Part shown: positions 1-12,827 of the stretch, in pieces
Layout of the letters: every line of letters starts with the position of its first letter
Position numbering within the stretch: position 1 is the stretch's first letter
DNA from: Leptospiria bacterium
GTDB lineage: Bacteria > Spirochaetota > Leptospiria > Turneriellales > CBDBES01
Assembly (NCBI GenBank): GCA_965262015.1
Contig: OZ253494.1
Location: 229,308-293,307, forward strand
Length of the DNA: 64,000 nucleotides
Reading direction: 5' to 3'
Program-made: the position numbers and the translations under genes
The notes under the pieces: model-generated
The model's database searches: none
Told to the model about the DNA's origin: nothing
The model's input: only the letters and a program-made list of their open reading frames with translations

Positions 1-18
1 ATCTAGTATCGCCATGGT

Positions 19-978
19 ATGAATAATAGAATAAAAAAGCTACTTTATTTTTATGATACAATGTTGTTGATTAGGCGTTTTGAAGAACAGGTCGCCAAGG
101 CATATGCTAATCAGAAAATTAAAGGTTTTTGTCATCTATATATAGGTGAGGAAGCTGTAGCAGTTGGTGCAATTGGTAGCATAGAGAAAACAGATTATGT
201 GATCACAACATATCGTGATCATGGTCATGCCATAGCTAAGGGGGTAGATCCCAAGGCTATTATGGCTGAGTTGTTTGGTAAGGAGAGAGGCGTTAGTCAT
301 GGTTTAGGTGGTTCTATGCACCTTTTTGATGTAAATCAAGGTTTCATGGGTGGTCACGGAATTGTGGGTGGTCATATATCTCTGGCTACTGGATTAGGAT
401 TTGGGTGTGATTATAAAAATGAGAAAAATGTTGTTCTGTGTTTTATGGGTGAAGGTGCTGTAAGTATTGGTAGTTTTCATGAAGGTATTAGTTTGGCAGC
501 TTTGTGGAGATTACCTGTTATATTCATTATAGAAAATAATTTTTATTCCATGGGTACACCTTTGCATAAACATTTACACGAGAGAGATATTTCCATTAAG
601 GCTAATGCTTATGGTTTGCCCTCTGCTCAAGTAGATGGTTCCCAAGTAATGAATGTATTCCATTCTGTTAAAGAGGCAGTTATTCGAGCACGAAGTGGTC
701 GTGGTCCCACTATTTTAGAAATAATAACTTACCGGTATAAGGGACATAGTATGTCAGATCCTGCACAGTATCGGACCATCGATGAAGTGAAACATGCCAA
801 AGAAAAAGACCCTATCCAAATGGCTTATGCTGAGCTAATAGAAGCAGGTATTAAAGAAAAGGTTTTAAAAGATATAGATAACCAGAACAAAGAAGATGCC
901 AAAGAAGCTATTGTCTATGCGGATGAATCTGCTTATACTTCTAGTTCAGATATAGATAGATTTATCTTTACATCTTGA
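19..978 (+). CDS. pdhA: pyruvate dehydrogenase E1 component alpha subunit (TPP-dependent)
   Basis: 319-aa ORF with E1-alpha hallmarks: YRDHGH, TPP-binding stretch CFMGEGAVSIGSFHEG...IIENNFYSMGT, and YRYKGHSMSDP loop. Confidence 0.85.
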   Translation: MNNRIKKLLYFYDTMLLIRRFEEQVAKAYANQKIKGFCHLYIGEEAVAVGAIGSIEKTDYVITTYRDHGHAIAKGVDPKAIMAELFGKERGVSHGLGGSMHLFDVNQGFMGGHGIVGGHISLATGLGFGCDYKNEKNVVLCFMGEGAVSIGSFHEGISLAALWRLPVIFIIENNFYSMGTPLHKHLHERDISIKANAYGLPSAQVDGSQVMNVFHSVKEAVIRARSGRGPTILEIITYRYKGHSMSDPAQYRTIDEVKHAKEKDPIQMAYAELIEAGIKEKVLKDIDNQNKEDAKEAIVYADESAYTSSSDIDRFIFTS

Positions 979-1007
979 TAAAATTGAGCGGTCTTCTATA
1001 AAATAAT

Positions 1008-2525
1008 ATGTATGATTGGAAAAAAACATATAAATCTGTATATAATTATTCCAAGGTAGATATCACTGGCTCTGGTGAGCTTTTTGACATCTTGAAAATG
1101 TTTCAAGGAGATCTAAAAGTTATTATTTTGCCTTCATTGGTTTCGCTTAATATTATCAGAAAAACACTACATGCTAAGTCAAGTACCATTGCTATCATAG
1201 GGATTTATGATGATTTAGATCGTATCGATATTCTACTAGATAGGTTAAAAGTTGCACTTGAAACATTTCAAGATTCTATTAATGCTGAAAAATTACATGA
1301 AGTAACTAAAAAAAATATTAGATCTTTTTTTAAATCAGGTAACTTAACAGACGAACAGATCAATTTTTTTAAGTTGATTATAACCTATCAAGAACTATAT
1401 TATCATAATCACCATGTACGTAAAGACTGGTCAGAGCTAGGTAAAATCTTTGAGAAAGTTACTGTGAATCTAAATAATACAACAATATTAAAACTAATCA
1501 TTGTAGATAATATTTATCCACGTATTGATATGGTAGAAGCTGTGGAGATCCTTCTACGACGTATGAAGTATTATTTGTTTATTAAGCAGGAAAAAATTAT
1601 CTATAATCATGCAGTCGCAGAAGGTCAATATTTTATTGATTTGACTTATTCCTTGTCTTCTATTCTGGATGAAAATTTAAATGAGAAATTGCTTAATTTA
1701 CATCAAGAAGTAGATGCTAAAGTGGTTGATGTAAAGGAAGGTAGTCTTTCGATCGAACCTACTATAAAACAGCGAGTGAGTTGTATAAAAAATAATGCCA
1801 TGCTGGATACGAGAGGGAATAAACTCTTTAACCAGAATTTTTTTTATCTATTAAAAATAAAAAATGAAAAATTAGAGATAGAAGAAGCTAAATTAAAACA
1901 ATCTTTATACATGGAGACAGACATTCATCCACATGATATTTCTATACGACGTAATATTACTAGACAGTTTATTGCACGTAAAGTTCACCAAGATAATTGT
2001 AAACTTTATTATACTTTTTTAGATAAATATTTTCATTTTATTAAATCTGATGTAATTATAGGAGGTATTAAAGAATTTTTCACAGGCATTAATGATTATA
2101 TTTTTATCTATCATTTTGGTCCATTTTATTTTTTTAAAGTTGTGCTGGATACAATGAGAAAAGATCAAACAGGATTTATTCACAGATATACCAGCGAAAC
2201 CCAGATAATTAGAGAAATACTTATAGAGACTGTAAAACTTAAACTAGGACAATGGTGGGATGATAATGTTTATATTGATACACAAGATGAGCAAAGAAAT
2301 TCTGCTGAAGCTTATGAACAATTGGTTTCGTATAGTCATCTTTTATGGCAAAACAAACAACAGTCAGTGCTTTTGGGTATCCATCAGAATTCTAAATTAA
2401 CTACGAGCTACTCTAAACGTGATATTAAGCCCCTTACTAACTTTATACAGGATCAATTAGACTATATGCACTATATGAGCTTGGTTAGATTTTTGGGTGT
2501 TGATTTTGTTTTTTCCCGCTCCTAG
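1008..2525 (+). CDS. hypothetical protein (505 aa, no recognisable motif)
   Basis: Long uninterrupted ORF in a compact coding context; K/N/I-rich; no domain recognised by eye. Confidence 0.5.
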   Translation: MYDWKKTYKSVYNYSKVDITGSGELFDILKMFQGDLKVIILPSLVSLNIIRKTLHAKSSTIAIIGIYDDLDRIDILLDRLKVALETFQDSINAEKLHEVTKKNIRSFFKSGNLTDEQINFFKLIITYQELYYHNHHVRKDWSELGKIFEKVTVNLNNTTILKLIIVDNIYPRIDMVEAVEILLRRMKYYLFIKQEKIIYNHAVAEGQYFIDLTYSLSSILDENLNEKLLNLHQEVDAKVVDVKEGSLSIEPTIKQRVSCIKNNAMLDTRGNKLFNQNFFYLLKIKNEKLEIEEAKLKQSLYMETDIHPHDISIRRNITRQFIARKVHQDNCKLYYTFLDKYFHFIKSDVIIGGIKEFFTGINDYIFIYHFGPFYFFKVVLDTMRKDQTGFIHRYTSETQIIREILIETVKLKLGQWWDDNVYIDTQDEQRNSAEAYEQLVSYSHLLWQNKQQSVLLGIHQNSKLTTSYSKRDIKPLTNFIQDQLDYMHYMSLVRFLGVDFVFSRS

Positions 2526-2757
2526 TATGTTCCTTATTCTACCATAGATTTACCTTAAACTTATCAAATAGTTTATAAAAATAGAACCTATCATCTATTT
2601 TAACCTTAATAGATGTAATGAGAATAGATGGGTGAGAAGTGAGCTAACTTTAAAAAATCAAGCACTCGTCGTACTGATGGATAGTCAGCACTAACTTTCT
2701 AACAACTGATCCTGTAATGTATAAAAAAATAGAGACATAACATTTCAAAAAAAAATA

Positions 2758-5244
2758 TTGTCAGCTCGTATGTCTTCGGATAAAAATTCTATTCAATCTA
2801 GAGAACAAGATGTAGGCATAAGTAATCAGCTTAAGACGTCTTACTTGACCTATGCAATGAGTGTTATAGTGGGTAGGGCACTTCCTGATGTGCGTGATGG
2901 TCTTAAACCGGTACATCGTAGAATTTTATATGCGATGTATGATAAATCATGGAGACATGATAAATCCTATGTTAAATCCGCTAAAATCGTAGGTGAAGTA
3001 ATTGGTAATTTTCATCCACATGGTGACACTGCTGTATATGATACACTTGTCCGAATGGCACAGAAATTTTCTCTCAGAGAGGTCTTAATAGATGGGCAAG
3101 GCAACTTTGGTTCTGTGGATGGCGATCCTCCTGCTGCTTATCGTTATACTGAAGCTAGATTAACAGCTATTGCCGAAACCTTATTGCATGATCTAGAAAA
3201 GGATACAGTTAGTTTTACACCTAATTTTGATGATAGTAGACGTGAGCCAACTGTGTTACCGGCAGCCTTTCCTAATCTACTAGTTAATGGTAGTAGTGGG
3301 ATTGCAGTTGGTATGGCGACAAAAATACCTCCACATAACTTATCTGAGGTTATACAGGCGATTGAATACTTGATTGATTATCCAGATGCAAGTGTGGTAG
3401 ATCTAACTAAATTTGTAAAAGCTCCGGATTTTCCTACAGGGGGGATTATTATTGGTAAGGGGGGATTAGAGAAAGCTTATCATACGGGTAGAGGTTCTAT
3501 TATGATCCGTTCTCAAACTCATATGGAAGATATTTCTAAATCTAGAAAATCCATTATTGTGACAGAAATTCCTTATGAAATTAAGAAAAATGATTTAGTC
3601 GCTCGTATCGCTGAATTAGCCAATCAAAAAAAGATAGATGGAATTACAGGTATCCAAGATGAGAGCGATCGAACGGGCATGCGTATTGTGATTACCCTAC
3701 GTAAGGATTGTAATGAACAGATTGTTTTAAACCAGTTATTTCAAAAGACCAGTATGCAAATTAGTTATGGCATTATCTTTTTAGCAATTGTTAATCAAGA
3801 ACCAAAACTATTAAATTTACAAGAATTATTATCACATTATTTATCTCATCGAATTGAAGTTGTAACTAATCGTATCCGGTATGAGCTAAATAAAGCTGAA
3901 AAGAGGTCCCATATTCTAGAAGGTTTAAAGATTGCTTTAGATGCAATTGACTTAGTGATTAAAATCATACGTGCCAGTGCGAATGTTTCTGAAGCTAGAG
4001 CCTCTTTAATCCAAGAGTTTAGATTTTCAGAAGAACAGGCTAATGCTATTCTAGAGATGAGATTGCAAAAGCTGACTTCATTAGAAATCCAAAAAATTAT
4101 AGAAGAATTAGAGCTACTTAGGAAAAAAATTGAAGAGTTTCAAATCTTACTTTCTGATAAAGGTAAACTAATGGAACTTATTAAAACTGAGTTGAAGGAA
4201 GTTAGCGGTACTTTTAGTAATGAAAGAAAAAGTGTTATAGAAGATGCTGAAAAAGAGGATCTTAGCTTTGAAGTCACAGATTTGATTGAGAATCAAGAAG
4301 AGGTGATTACACTAAGTCACGGTGGTTATATTCGTCGAGTAGCTGTAGATACTTTTAAGAGACAAAAAAGAGGCGGGCAAGGTGTCGTTTCGGGTGGAAA
4401 GAGGGAAGATATGCTTCGTCATATCCATTTTTGTCTCTCGCATGACTTTATTATTGTATTTTCTAATAAAGGTAAGGTATTCTATTTAAGAACTTATGAT
4501 ATACCGCAGAGTGGTAAAGACATCAAAGGCAAGCATGTACGTTCCTTATTTAATTTATCTACTGATGAAGCATTAACGACATTGACTTCAACTCCAGAAA
4601 TTAATGCTTCACAAGTGATTGTTTTGTTAACTAAACTAGGTACGATCAAAAAAATGCTGTTACATGAAATTAGGAATGCTAAACGGAGTGGAGTGTTGGC
4701 ATTACAATTCAAAAATAAACAAGATTCATTAATGGGTGCCACTATTTTGCATAAGGCACAAGAGTATGGTGATATTTTTATTGCTTCTGATCATGGGTTA
4801 GGTATTCGTACGAATAGTCATGTGATTCGTTCTCAAGGTAGGGTAGCATCTGGTATCAGTGGCATTACTTTGCCGTCAGATATATTTACAGTTGGTCTTT
4901 CTCATATTAGTAGTGAGGAAGATTTTTTGTTCGTTATCACACAACATGGTTATGCTAAGCGGGTTAATTACAGCGAATTTAATACGAAAAATCGTGGTGG
5001 GAAAGGTATGTGTTATTGTAAAGTAAGTTCCAAGACAGGCAAGGTTGTTGCCATTGCTTCAGTTAAAGAAAATGATGAAGTGATCATTACAACTGTACTT
5101 GGCATGACTTTGAGAACAATAGTTAGTAAGATACCTGTTCTAGGTAGAAATGCTTCAGGCGTGATTGCATTGCGTTTAAAAAATGAGCAGGATCATGTTT
5201 CTGACATTGCTATTTTACCTAGTACATTATCACCTAGCTCATAA
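2758..5244 (+). CDS. gyrA: DNA gyrase subunit A
   Basis: AMSVIVGRALPDVRDGLKPVHRRILYAM, HPHGD, catalytic-Tyr region AAYRYTEARL, C-terminal repeated beta-pinwheel segments. TTG start at 2758; the in-frame ATG at 2770 is an alternative. Confidence 0.95.
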   Translation: MSARMSSDKNSIQSREQDVGISNQLKTSYLTYAMSVIVGRALPDVRDGLKPVHRRILYAMYDKSWRHDKSYVKSAKIVGEVIGNFHPHGDTAVYDTLVRMAQKFSLREVLIDGQGNFGSVDGDPPAAYRYTEARLTAIAETLLHDLEKDTVSFTPNFDDSRREPTVLPAAFPNLLVNGSSGIAVGMATKIPPHNLSEVIQAIEYLIDYPDASVVDLTKFVKAPDFPTGGIIIGKGGLEKAYHTGRGSIMIRSQTHMEDISKSRKSIIVTEIPYEIKKNDLVARIAELANQKKIDGITGIQDESDRTGMRIVITLRKDCNEQIVLNQLFQKTSMQISYGIIFLAIVNQEPKLLNLQELLSHYLSHRIEVVTNRIRYELNKAEKRSHILEGLKIALDAIDLVIKIIRASANVSEARASLIQEFRFSEEQANAILEMRLQKLTSLEIQKIIEELELLRKKIEEFQILLSDKGKLMELIKTELKEVSGTFSNERKSVIEDAEKEDLSFEVTDLIENQEEVITLSHGGYIRRVAVDTFKRQKRGGQGVVSGGKREDMLRHIHFCLSHDFIIVFSNKGKVFYLRTYDIPQSGKDIKGKHVRSLFNLSTDEALTTLTSTPEINASQVIVLLTKLGTIKKMLLHEIRNAKRSGVLALQFKNKQDSLMGATILHKAQEYGDIFIASDHGLGIRTNSHVIRSQGRVASGISGITLPSDIFTVGLSHISSEEDFLFVITQHGYAKRVNYSEFNTKNRGGKGMCYCKVSSKTGKVVAIASVKENDEVIITTVLGMTLRTIVSKIPVLGRNASGVIALRLKNEQDHVSDIAILPSTLSPSS

Positions 5245-5271
5245 TCTTTTGCTAAACCTATGAGTTAGGGG

Positions 5272-6372
5272 TTATGGTGATAAATACTTCATGAGATGGT
5301 TCACTATACTCTGGTTTTCTCTGGGAGTTCCAATGCTAATTCGTAGGTAATTATGGATTAATGCTTCAGGAAAATATCGCACTAAAATTTTATTTTTTTT
5401 AAGTGCCTGGTATATATCCTGGGCATTGTATCTAGGATGTGTTACCAGTAAAAAGTTAGCATGCGATGGTATGACGTCAAAGCCTAAAAGTTGTAAACGT
5501 ACATAGAGTTTGTCTCGTTCTTGAATGATGTTTTTACACTTTTTAGCATAGTAGTTTGTATCCTTTAAGGCTGTTATTCCCAATTGTATAGCAATACTAT
5601 CTTGGTTATACGAATCCTTAAGCTTATAGAGCGTTTGCATAATATTATTGTTCTTAGAAACAGCATAACCAATTCGTGCTCCCGCTAGGCCATGGCTCTT
5701 TGAAAGTGTTCTTGTAATGATAACATTCTTTAAATTTAATATGTTTTTATGTTCTAGGCATGATGTATTCTTATCCGTATGAAATCCCATATAAGCTTCA
5801 TCAATAATCCATAATTTATTAGAATTTTGTATTGTATCTAATAGACAATTCACAGGGATGTATTCTCCTGTGATTGCATTTGGATTGGGCAGAAAAATAA
5901 TTTTAGCATCCGCATTATTGAGATTTTCCAGAGGTACACGAAAGAATATATTATTTTTGTTTTGCATGGGTACAGCAATTCCATTAGCACCCACAGCCTG
6001 TGCTAATATGTCATATAAACTATATGTAATTTCTGGATAAGCAATATTATGATTTTGATCCAAAAAAGCACGGCAAATTAAACATAGTATTTCGTCAGAA
6101 CCATTCGAGATAATGACTTCTTCTGGTTTGAGTTGTAGTTTATTGGCGATATGGGTTCTTAAAGGTTCACCATATGGATGAGGATATCTCCTCAAAGTAT
6201 GGTAGTTCTTGGCAATGTATTTTAAAGTTTTCCGGACCTTTTTAGAGGGTGGAAAAGGAAATTCATTTGTATTGAGTTTTATCCAATCTTTATTATTATA
6301 TTGTTCACCAGGCACATATGCCTGCAGTTTACTGGCAATCGTGTTATCAAAATTAGTATTTGTCATGCCCAT
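5272..6372 (-). CDS. hisC: histidinol-phosphate aminotransferase (class II PLP aminotransferase)
   Basis: NTNEFPFPP, RRYPHPYGEPLR, PLP-lysine context TLSKSHGLAGARIGYAV. Confidence 0.75.
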   Translation of the reverse strand: MGMTNTNFDNTIASKLQAYVPGEQYNNKDWIKLNTNEFPFPPSKKVRKTLKYIAKNYHTLRRYPHPYGEPLRTHIANKLQLKPEEVIISNGSDEILCLICRAFLDQNHNIAYPEITYSLYDILAQAVGANGIAVPMQNKNNIFFRVPLENLNNADAKIIFLPNPNAITGEYIPVNCLLDTIQNSNKLWIIDEAYMGFHTDKNTSCLEHKNILNLKNVIITRTLSKSHGLAGARIGYAVSKNNNIMQTLYKLKDSYNQDSIAIQLGITALKDTNYYAKKCKNIIQERDKLYVRLQLLGFDVIPSHANFLLVTHPRYNAQDIYQALKKNKILVRYFPEALIHNYLRISIGTPRENQSIVNHLMKYLSP

Positions 6373-6812
6373 TTGATTTGATCATGTATTTGGAGTGCCT
6401 GTTCACCAAAAAAAAAAGTATTATCTGTTTCTCTAATAAGATTTGCAAGCTGTCCAGCTGATGTATGATCAAAAAATGACCATGCATTTAATCGACTAAC
6501 TTTAAGATAAGGACTAAGGTTATTATCTAGCACTAAATGACTACATTGTATTTTAATGTGTTCTCCATTTTCCAGCAGAAAAAATCTACCTTCTATAGAG
6601 TGTACGGATAAGATGGGACCATGGACTTTTATATATCCTTTTTCTTTTAAAAGACCAAATTCATTTTCTATGTAAATACCTGTTTGATCTCGGTATAAAC
6701 TTTTTTTAAAAAATGAAAGTACTCTTGTATTAATAATTTCACGTCCATTAGTAAACCATTTCCCGTTTTTTTGGACGGATATATTAGTAAACTCAACCCT
6801 GTATTGATCCAT
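6363..6812 (-). CDS. hypothetical protein (149 aa), possibly DUF1285-like
   Basis: ORF overlaps the hisC start by 10 nt (operon-like). The GKWFTNGREI..VLSFFKKSLYRDQTGIYI pattern resembles DUF1285, unverified. Confidence 0.45.
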   Translation of the reverse strand: MDQYRVEFTNISVQKNGKWFTNGREIINTRVLSFFKKSLYRDQTGIYIENEFGLLKEKGYIKVHGPILSVHSIEGRFFLLENGEHIKIQCSHLVLDNNLSPYLKVSRLNAWSFFDHTSAGQLANLIRETDNTFFFGEQALQIHDQIKWA

Positions 6813-6914
6813 GATGAAGAATAATCTATTCTAAAATAAAGCAAGACATTATGTCACTAAAAAATATGTTCGCTAAAACAAAGAGCGTTAAGAATGCTTG
6901 GTGGTTTGTATTAA

Positions 6915-8846
<1,932 letters not shown>

Positions 8847-8888
8847 TCTTTTAATAAGGCACATGGTGTATATGTTTCTCTTATAATT

Positions 8889-11216
8889 ATGGATTTATAC
8901 CAAAAGCTTATTCACGTGTTAAAGTTCTTACTAGATAATAGGCGTGGTTTGCCTTATGCTCTACTAACCATCACAATCATTTTATCTACTTATCTTCTAT
9001 CTGTTCCATCTTTCCCAGATAAAACTTCATATCGTGAAGGTGATATTGCTAAATCTACTGTGAAAGTTAATAGAGATATTATATATATAGATCATCAGGA
9101 ACTCGCACACCTGAAAGAAGCAACCTATAATAAGCAAAAATTTATATTTGATCGAGACTATCATAAGCTCGTGCAGATAGTTGATCGAATTACTAATGAG
9201 CTTCGTGGTATTGAGGGTTTACCCGTAAATTTACAAGGCGTTTTACAGGCAAAAAAGAAAAGCCAATTTTTACGAAAGGCAAGGACTACTATTCCTCATA
9301 ACGATGTTCTTACACTACTCCAATATAGGAATAAGACTACTTTAAGAAAATGGGCTACAAAGTACGCTACGTTGATATTTGATACATACGGTATTCTAGA
9401 AGAAGATTTGTCAAGCAAGCTATTTATCAAAATGAAGAATGTTGGTGCAGAAGTAGAAACAGTACACTATGGATCAGGTAATTCGCAAAGAAGCCCTTGG
9501 AATATGGATCACGTTATTTCTAGGTCAAAGATGTTCTATTACCCTTATTACGGCAATCTAATGTCTCTCAAAAAGAAGGTAGATACGAAGTTTCCCAATC
9601 GTATTCCCTCAGTTGCTAAGCGTATTATTTCTCGTAGAATTTTACAGTTATATTCCCATAGACCTTTTTTAACTTATAATGTTACGCAAACAGAAAAATT
9701 AAGGAAAGCTGCTGTCAGCAAGATACGGCTTGAAGAAAAAATTATTAAAAAAGGTACTATTCTTTTGCGGGAAGGTGAACCTGTTGATTCGGATACATTG
9801 TATAAAATCCAGCTAGTCAATAAATATCATAACCAATTTAGTTTAAAATATATTCTAGGTACCTTTATTATCCAGAGTATTATTCTTTTAAGTTTATTGT
9901 TTATTCTTTTAAATATTAAAGAAGCCAAACATAAATTTAAAGAAAGTAATAATGCAGTTCTTTTGTTTTCTATTCTTATTGCTTATATGCTATATAGTTT
10001 TTTTCTATCAAGGCTATCATTGGATGAACTAATGTTAGCACTTTTATTACCTTCGGGGATGATTGGGATGTTGGGTAGCGTGGTCTTAGGCAATTACATT
10101 ACCATTATTATGGGATTTTATTTTAGTATTTTCATTTTCTTGATGCACGAACAAAGTCTAATGAGTTTTTTAATTTCTTTTATGTCCATTTTATCTGGTA
10201 TTTATGCGATCACTCTATTAGAAAAACGTACCCAACTTATTTATAGTTCAGCTGTTATTGGTTTGAGTATCAGTGTTATCATAATTGGACTGCGTTTAAC
10301 AGACCAATTATTTATATTACAGGATAACATGTTGTTTGTATTTTTTGCTTTTCTAAATGGTTTTTTTTGTGTAATGTTTTTCTCTAGTATTTTACCCTTA
10401 TATGAAGCTACATTTGACATTACCACAAAATTTCGCCTATTGGAATACCTAGATCATGATAATTTTTTAATACGTAAAGTGGCTATGGAAACGCCAGCCA
10501 CCTATACGCATACCTTGATGGTTATGGCTTTATCTGAAAAAGCTGTTCGTGCAATTAATGGCGATGTATTGTTGACTCGAGTAGGGTGCTTATATCATGA
10601 TATTGGTAAAACTAGTACTCCTATGTTTTTTGCTGAAAATCGTTATTCAGAAGAAGTGAATGAAGCATTTCAAACAATGGGACCTTATCAATCAGCTAAA
10701 ATCGTAATTGACCATGTTACAGATGGTATCCGATTGGCACATGAACATAAATTACCCCAGGCAATTATTAATTTCATACCTGAACACCATGGTACAACAA
10801 CCATACAGTATTTTTATCATCAAGCTCTTGAAGAAGTTGCTCCTAAACGTTCTAGAAAAAAGAAAATACAAGATCCTATAGAAAAAGTTGATAAAAAACT
10901 TTTCCAGTACCCAGGTCCAAAGCCCCAAACACGAGAAACGGCAGTGGTAATGCTTGCTGATTCTATTGAAGCTGCAGCGAGAAGTATTGAATTTCCTTCA
11001 GAAGCAAATTTTATTGTGATGATTGATAAAATTATAGAATATAAATTAATGGAAAAACAATTTGATGAATGTGATTTAACTTTTTCTGATCTGCGACATG
11101 CTAGACAAGCCTTTATTGAAGTACTTTTAACGATTAGTCATACTAGACCTAAATATCCAGATATGGTTAAAATGCAAAAACTAGAAAAAACAATGGCAAA
11201 AAACTTTGAAGTATAA
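8889..11216 (+). CDS. 7TM membrane protein with intracellular HD/HDIG phosphohydrolase domain (PgpH/YqfF-like)
   Basis: Extracellular N-domain, about 7 hydrophobic helices (aa ~320-510), then HD domain with HTLMV...LYHDIGK...EHHG. Confidence 0.8.
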   Translation: MDLYQKLIHVLKFLLDNRRGLPYALLTITIILSTYLLSVPSFPDKTSYREGDIAKSTVKVNRDIIYIDHQELAHLKEATYNKQKFIFDRDYHKLVQIVDRITNELRGIEGLPVNLQGVLQAKKKSQFLRKARTTIPHNDVLTLLQYRNKTTLRKWATKYATLIFDTYGILEEDLSSKLFIKMKNVGAEVETVHYGSGNSQRSPWNMDHVISRSKMFYYPYYGNLMSLKKKVDTKFPNRIPSVAKRIISRRILQLYSHRPFLTYNVTQTEKLRKAAVSKIRLEEKIIKKGTILLREGEPVDSDTLYKIQLVNKYHNQFSLKYILGTFIIQSIILLSLLFILLNIKEAKHKFKESNNAVLLFSILIAYMLYSFFLSRLSLDELMLALLLPSGMIGMLGSVVLGNYITIIMGFYFSIFIFLMHEQSLMSFLISFMSILSGIYAITLLEKRTQLIYSSAVIGLSISVIIIGLRLTDQLFILQDNMLFVFFAFLNGFFCVMFFSSILPLYEATFDITTKFRLLEYLDHDNFLIRKVAMETPATYTHTLMVMALSEKAVRAINGDVLLTRVGCLYHDIGKTSTPMFFAENRYSEEVNEAFQTMGPYQSAKIVIDHVTDGIRLAHEHKLPQAIINFIPEHHGTTTIQYFYHQALEEVAPKRSRKKKIQDPIEKVDKKLFQYPGPKPQTRETAVVMLADSIEAAARSIEFPSEANFIVMIDKIIEYKLMEKQFDECDLTFSDLRHARQAFIEVLLTISHTRPKYPDMVKMQKLEKTMAKNFEV

Positions 11217-11279
11217 AAAGTTATGCTTATAGATAAATAATTGTTTGCATTTTCCTATATCATTTGACATTGGTGCTTT

Positions 11280-11717
11280 ATGGCACTTGTAAAATCATCT
11301 CAAGAAGTTACTAATTCACTTATTGGTGTTAACTCTTTTTTTGCTGGACAGTTCTTTATTAATGGCAGTCTTAAAATTGATGGTAAATTTGAAGGTAAAC
11401 TTTTACGAGCACATCAGATTTATATTGGTTCGACTGGTAAGGTAAAAACAGATATACAAGCTGAATCTGCTATTATTGAAGGAACAGTAATTGGTAATAT
11501 TATTACAACTATTCGTGTGATGCTGTTACCATCCGCTAGAGTGTTTGGTGATATAAAAACTCCAGAGTTAATTATACAAAAAGGTGTTATATTAGAGGGC
11601 CGTTGTCAAATAGCTAGTAATCTATCTCAATCTGCGAAAGGCTTTATTATGAATGAGTATAGTAAAGACAATCTTGATGAACTGACTTTGTTTGGTTCAG
11701 ATGCACGTAATTCTTGA
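11280..11717 (+). CDS. bactofilin-family polymer-forming cytoskeletal protein
   Basis: Beta-helix repeat pattern INGSLKIDGKFEGKL..IYIGSTGKVKTDIQAESAIIEGTVIGNI typical of bactofilin/CcmA. Confidence 0.75.
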   Translation: MALVKSSQEVTNSLIGVNSFFAGQFFINGSLKIDGKFEGKLLRAHQIYIGSTGKVKTDIQAESAIIEGTVIGNIITTIRVMLLPSARVFGDIKTPELIIQKGVILEGRCQIASNLSQSAKGFIMNEYSKDNLDELTLFGSDARNS

Positions 11718-11789
11718 ATATTACTTAATCAAATATTATTCTATTCTAAGCATTTAAGTTTACAGTTGGTGTTGTATACCACATAAATA

Positions 11790-12827
11790 ATGAAACACAA
11801 TCCGTTTATTATAAGTATGGGTGATCCTGCAGGTGTGGGAGTTGCTATTCTATCAAAAATATTAGACAATCCTTCTCTTTATTTAAGTGCTGTTCAGTGT
11901 GATCAATTACAATCTATGATTGTATTTGGTAGTCTAACTTGCTTCCAATTTTACATGAAGAAAGATATCTTTATGGTATATAATCTTTTAAGTGACCATA
12001 CAGTTAATGATATATTTGATATGCTTGCCAAGCATGAATACAATCAACCCTTATTATTTAATATAGATTATGGTGAAATGAGTATGCATAAGGCTTCATG
12101 TACGGGGGCTAGATTTTCTTATCAATGTGTTCAGTATGCTATTGCTTTGTGGAATAAATTGAAAGATGCTTCTTTGATAACTTTACCAGTGTCCAAAGAA
12201 TGGATTTTAAAATCAGGCATAGAATTTAATGGTCATACGTCTTTGTTGTCTAGTACTGATCAACCTGTTATGTGTATGTATCATCCTCAATTATCTGTTA
12301 TTTTAGCAACACAGCATATTCCTTTATCGCATGTTCCTCAAGAAATAAGGAATCTATCTTACGATAATCTGCAAAAAGCAATAAAATTTTTTAGTAGTTT
12401 ATTTGGGATACGTAAACAGATAGGTGTACTTGGTATTAATCCTCATGCAGGTGAAGGAGGACGTATAGGAAATGATGAATTATTTTTAGATGACTATATT
12501 ACATCCTGGGAAATTAAACAACTTGATCCCCACTTCCTTTCGCCAGATTCTGCTTTTTTACCTCATAATAGAAATAAGTATGATGTTATATTGGCTTGGT
12601 ATCATGATCAAGGTTTAATTCCATTTAAAACATTATTTGGTATGGAGGGGCTTAATATTACTCTAAATTTACCAAAATTACGTGTTTCTCCTGATCATGG
12701 CCCAGCATATGCTATCTTAGATAAATATAATGCCGATATTACTAGTGTGCAGAAATCTATTCAATTTGCTATGAACTGGAGTGACAAATGGATAAATCAA
12801 TTTTCTTCCCAAGCATTTGCTGGTTAA
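11790..12827 (+). CDS. pdxA: 4-hydroxythreonine-4-phosphate dehydrogenase
   Basis: GDPAGVG N-terminus, NGHTS, GINPHAGEGG, HDQGLIPFK, SPDHGPAY motifs. Confidence 0.85.
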   Translation: MKHNPFIISMGDPAGVGVAILSKILDNPSLYLSAVQCDQLQSMIVFGSLTCFQFYMKKDIFMVYNLLSDHTVNDIFDMLAKHEYNQPLLFNIDYGEMSMHKASCTGARFSYQCVQYAIALWNKLKDASLITLPVSKEWILKSGIEFNGHTSLLSSTDQPVMCMYHPQLSVILATQHIPLSHVPQEIRNLSYDNLQKAIKFFSSLFGIRKQIGVLGINPHAGEGGRIGNDELFLDDYITSWEIKQLDPHFLSPDSAFLPHNRNKYDVILAWYHDQGLIPFKTLFGMEGLNITLNLPKLRVSPDHGPAYAILDKYNADITSVQKSIQFAMNWSDKWINQFSSQAFAG

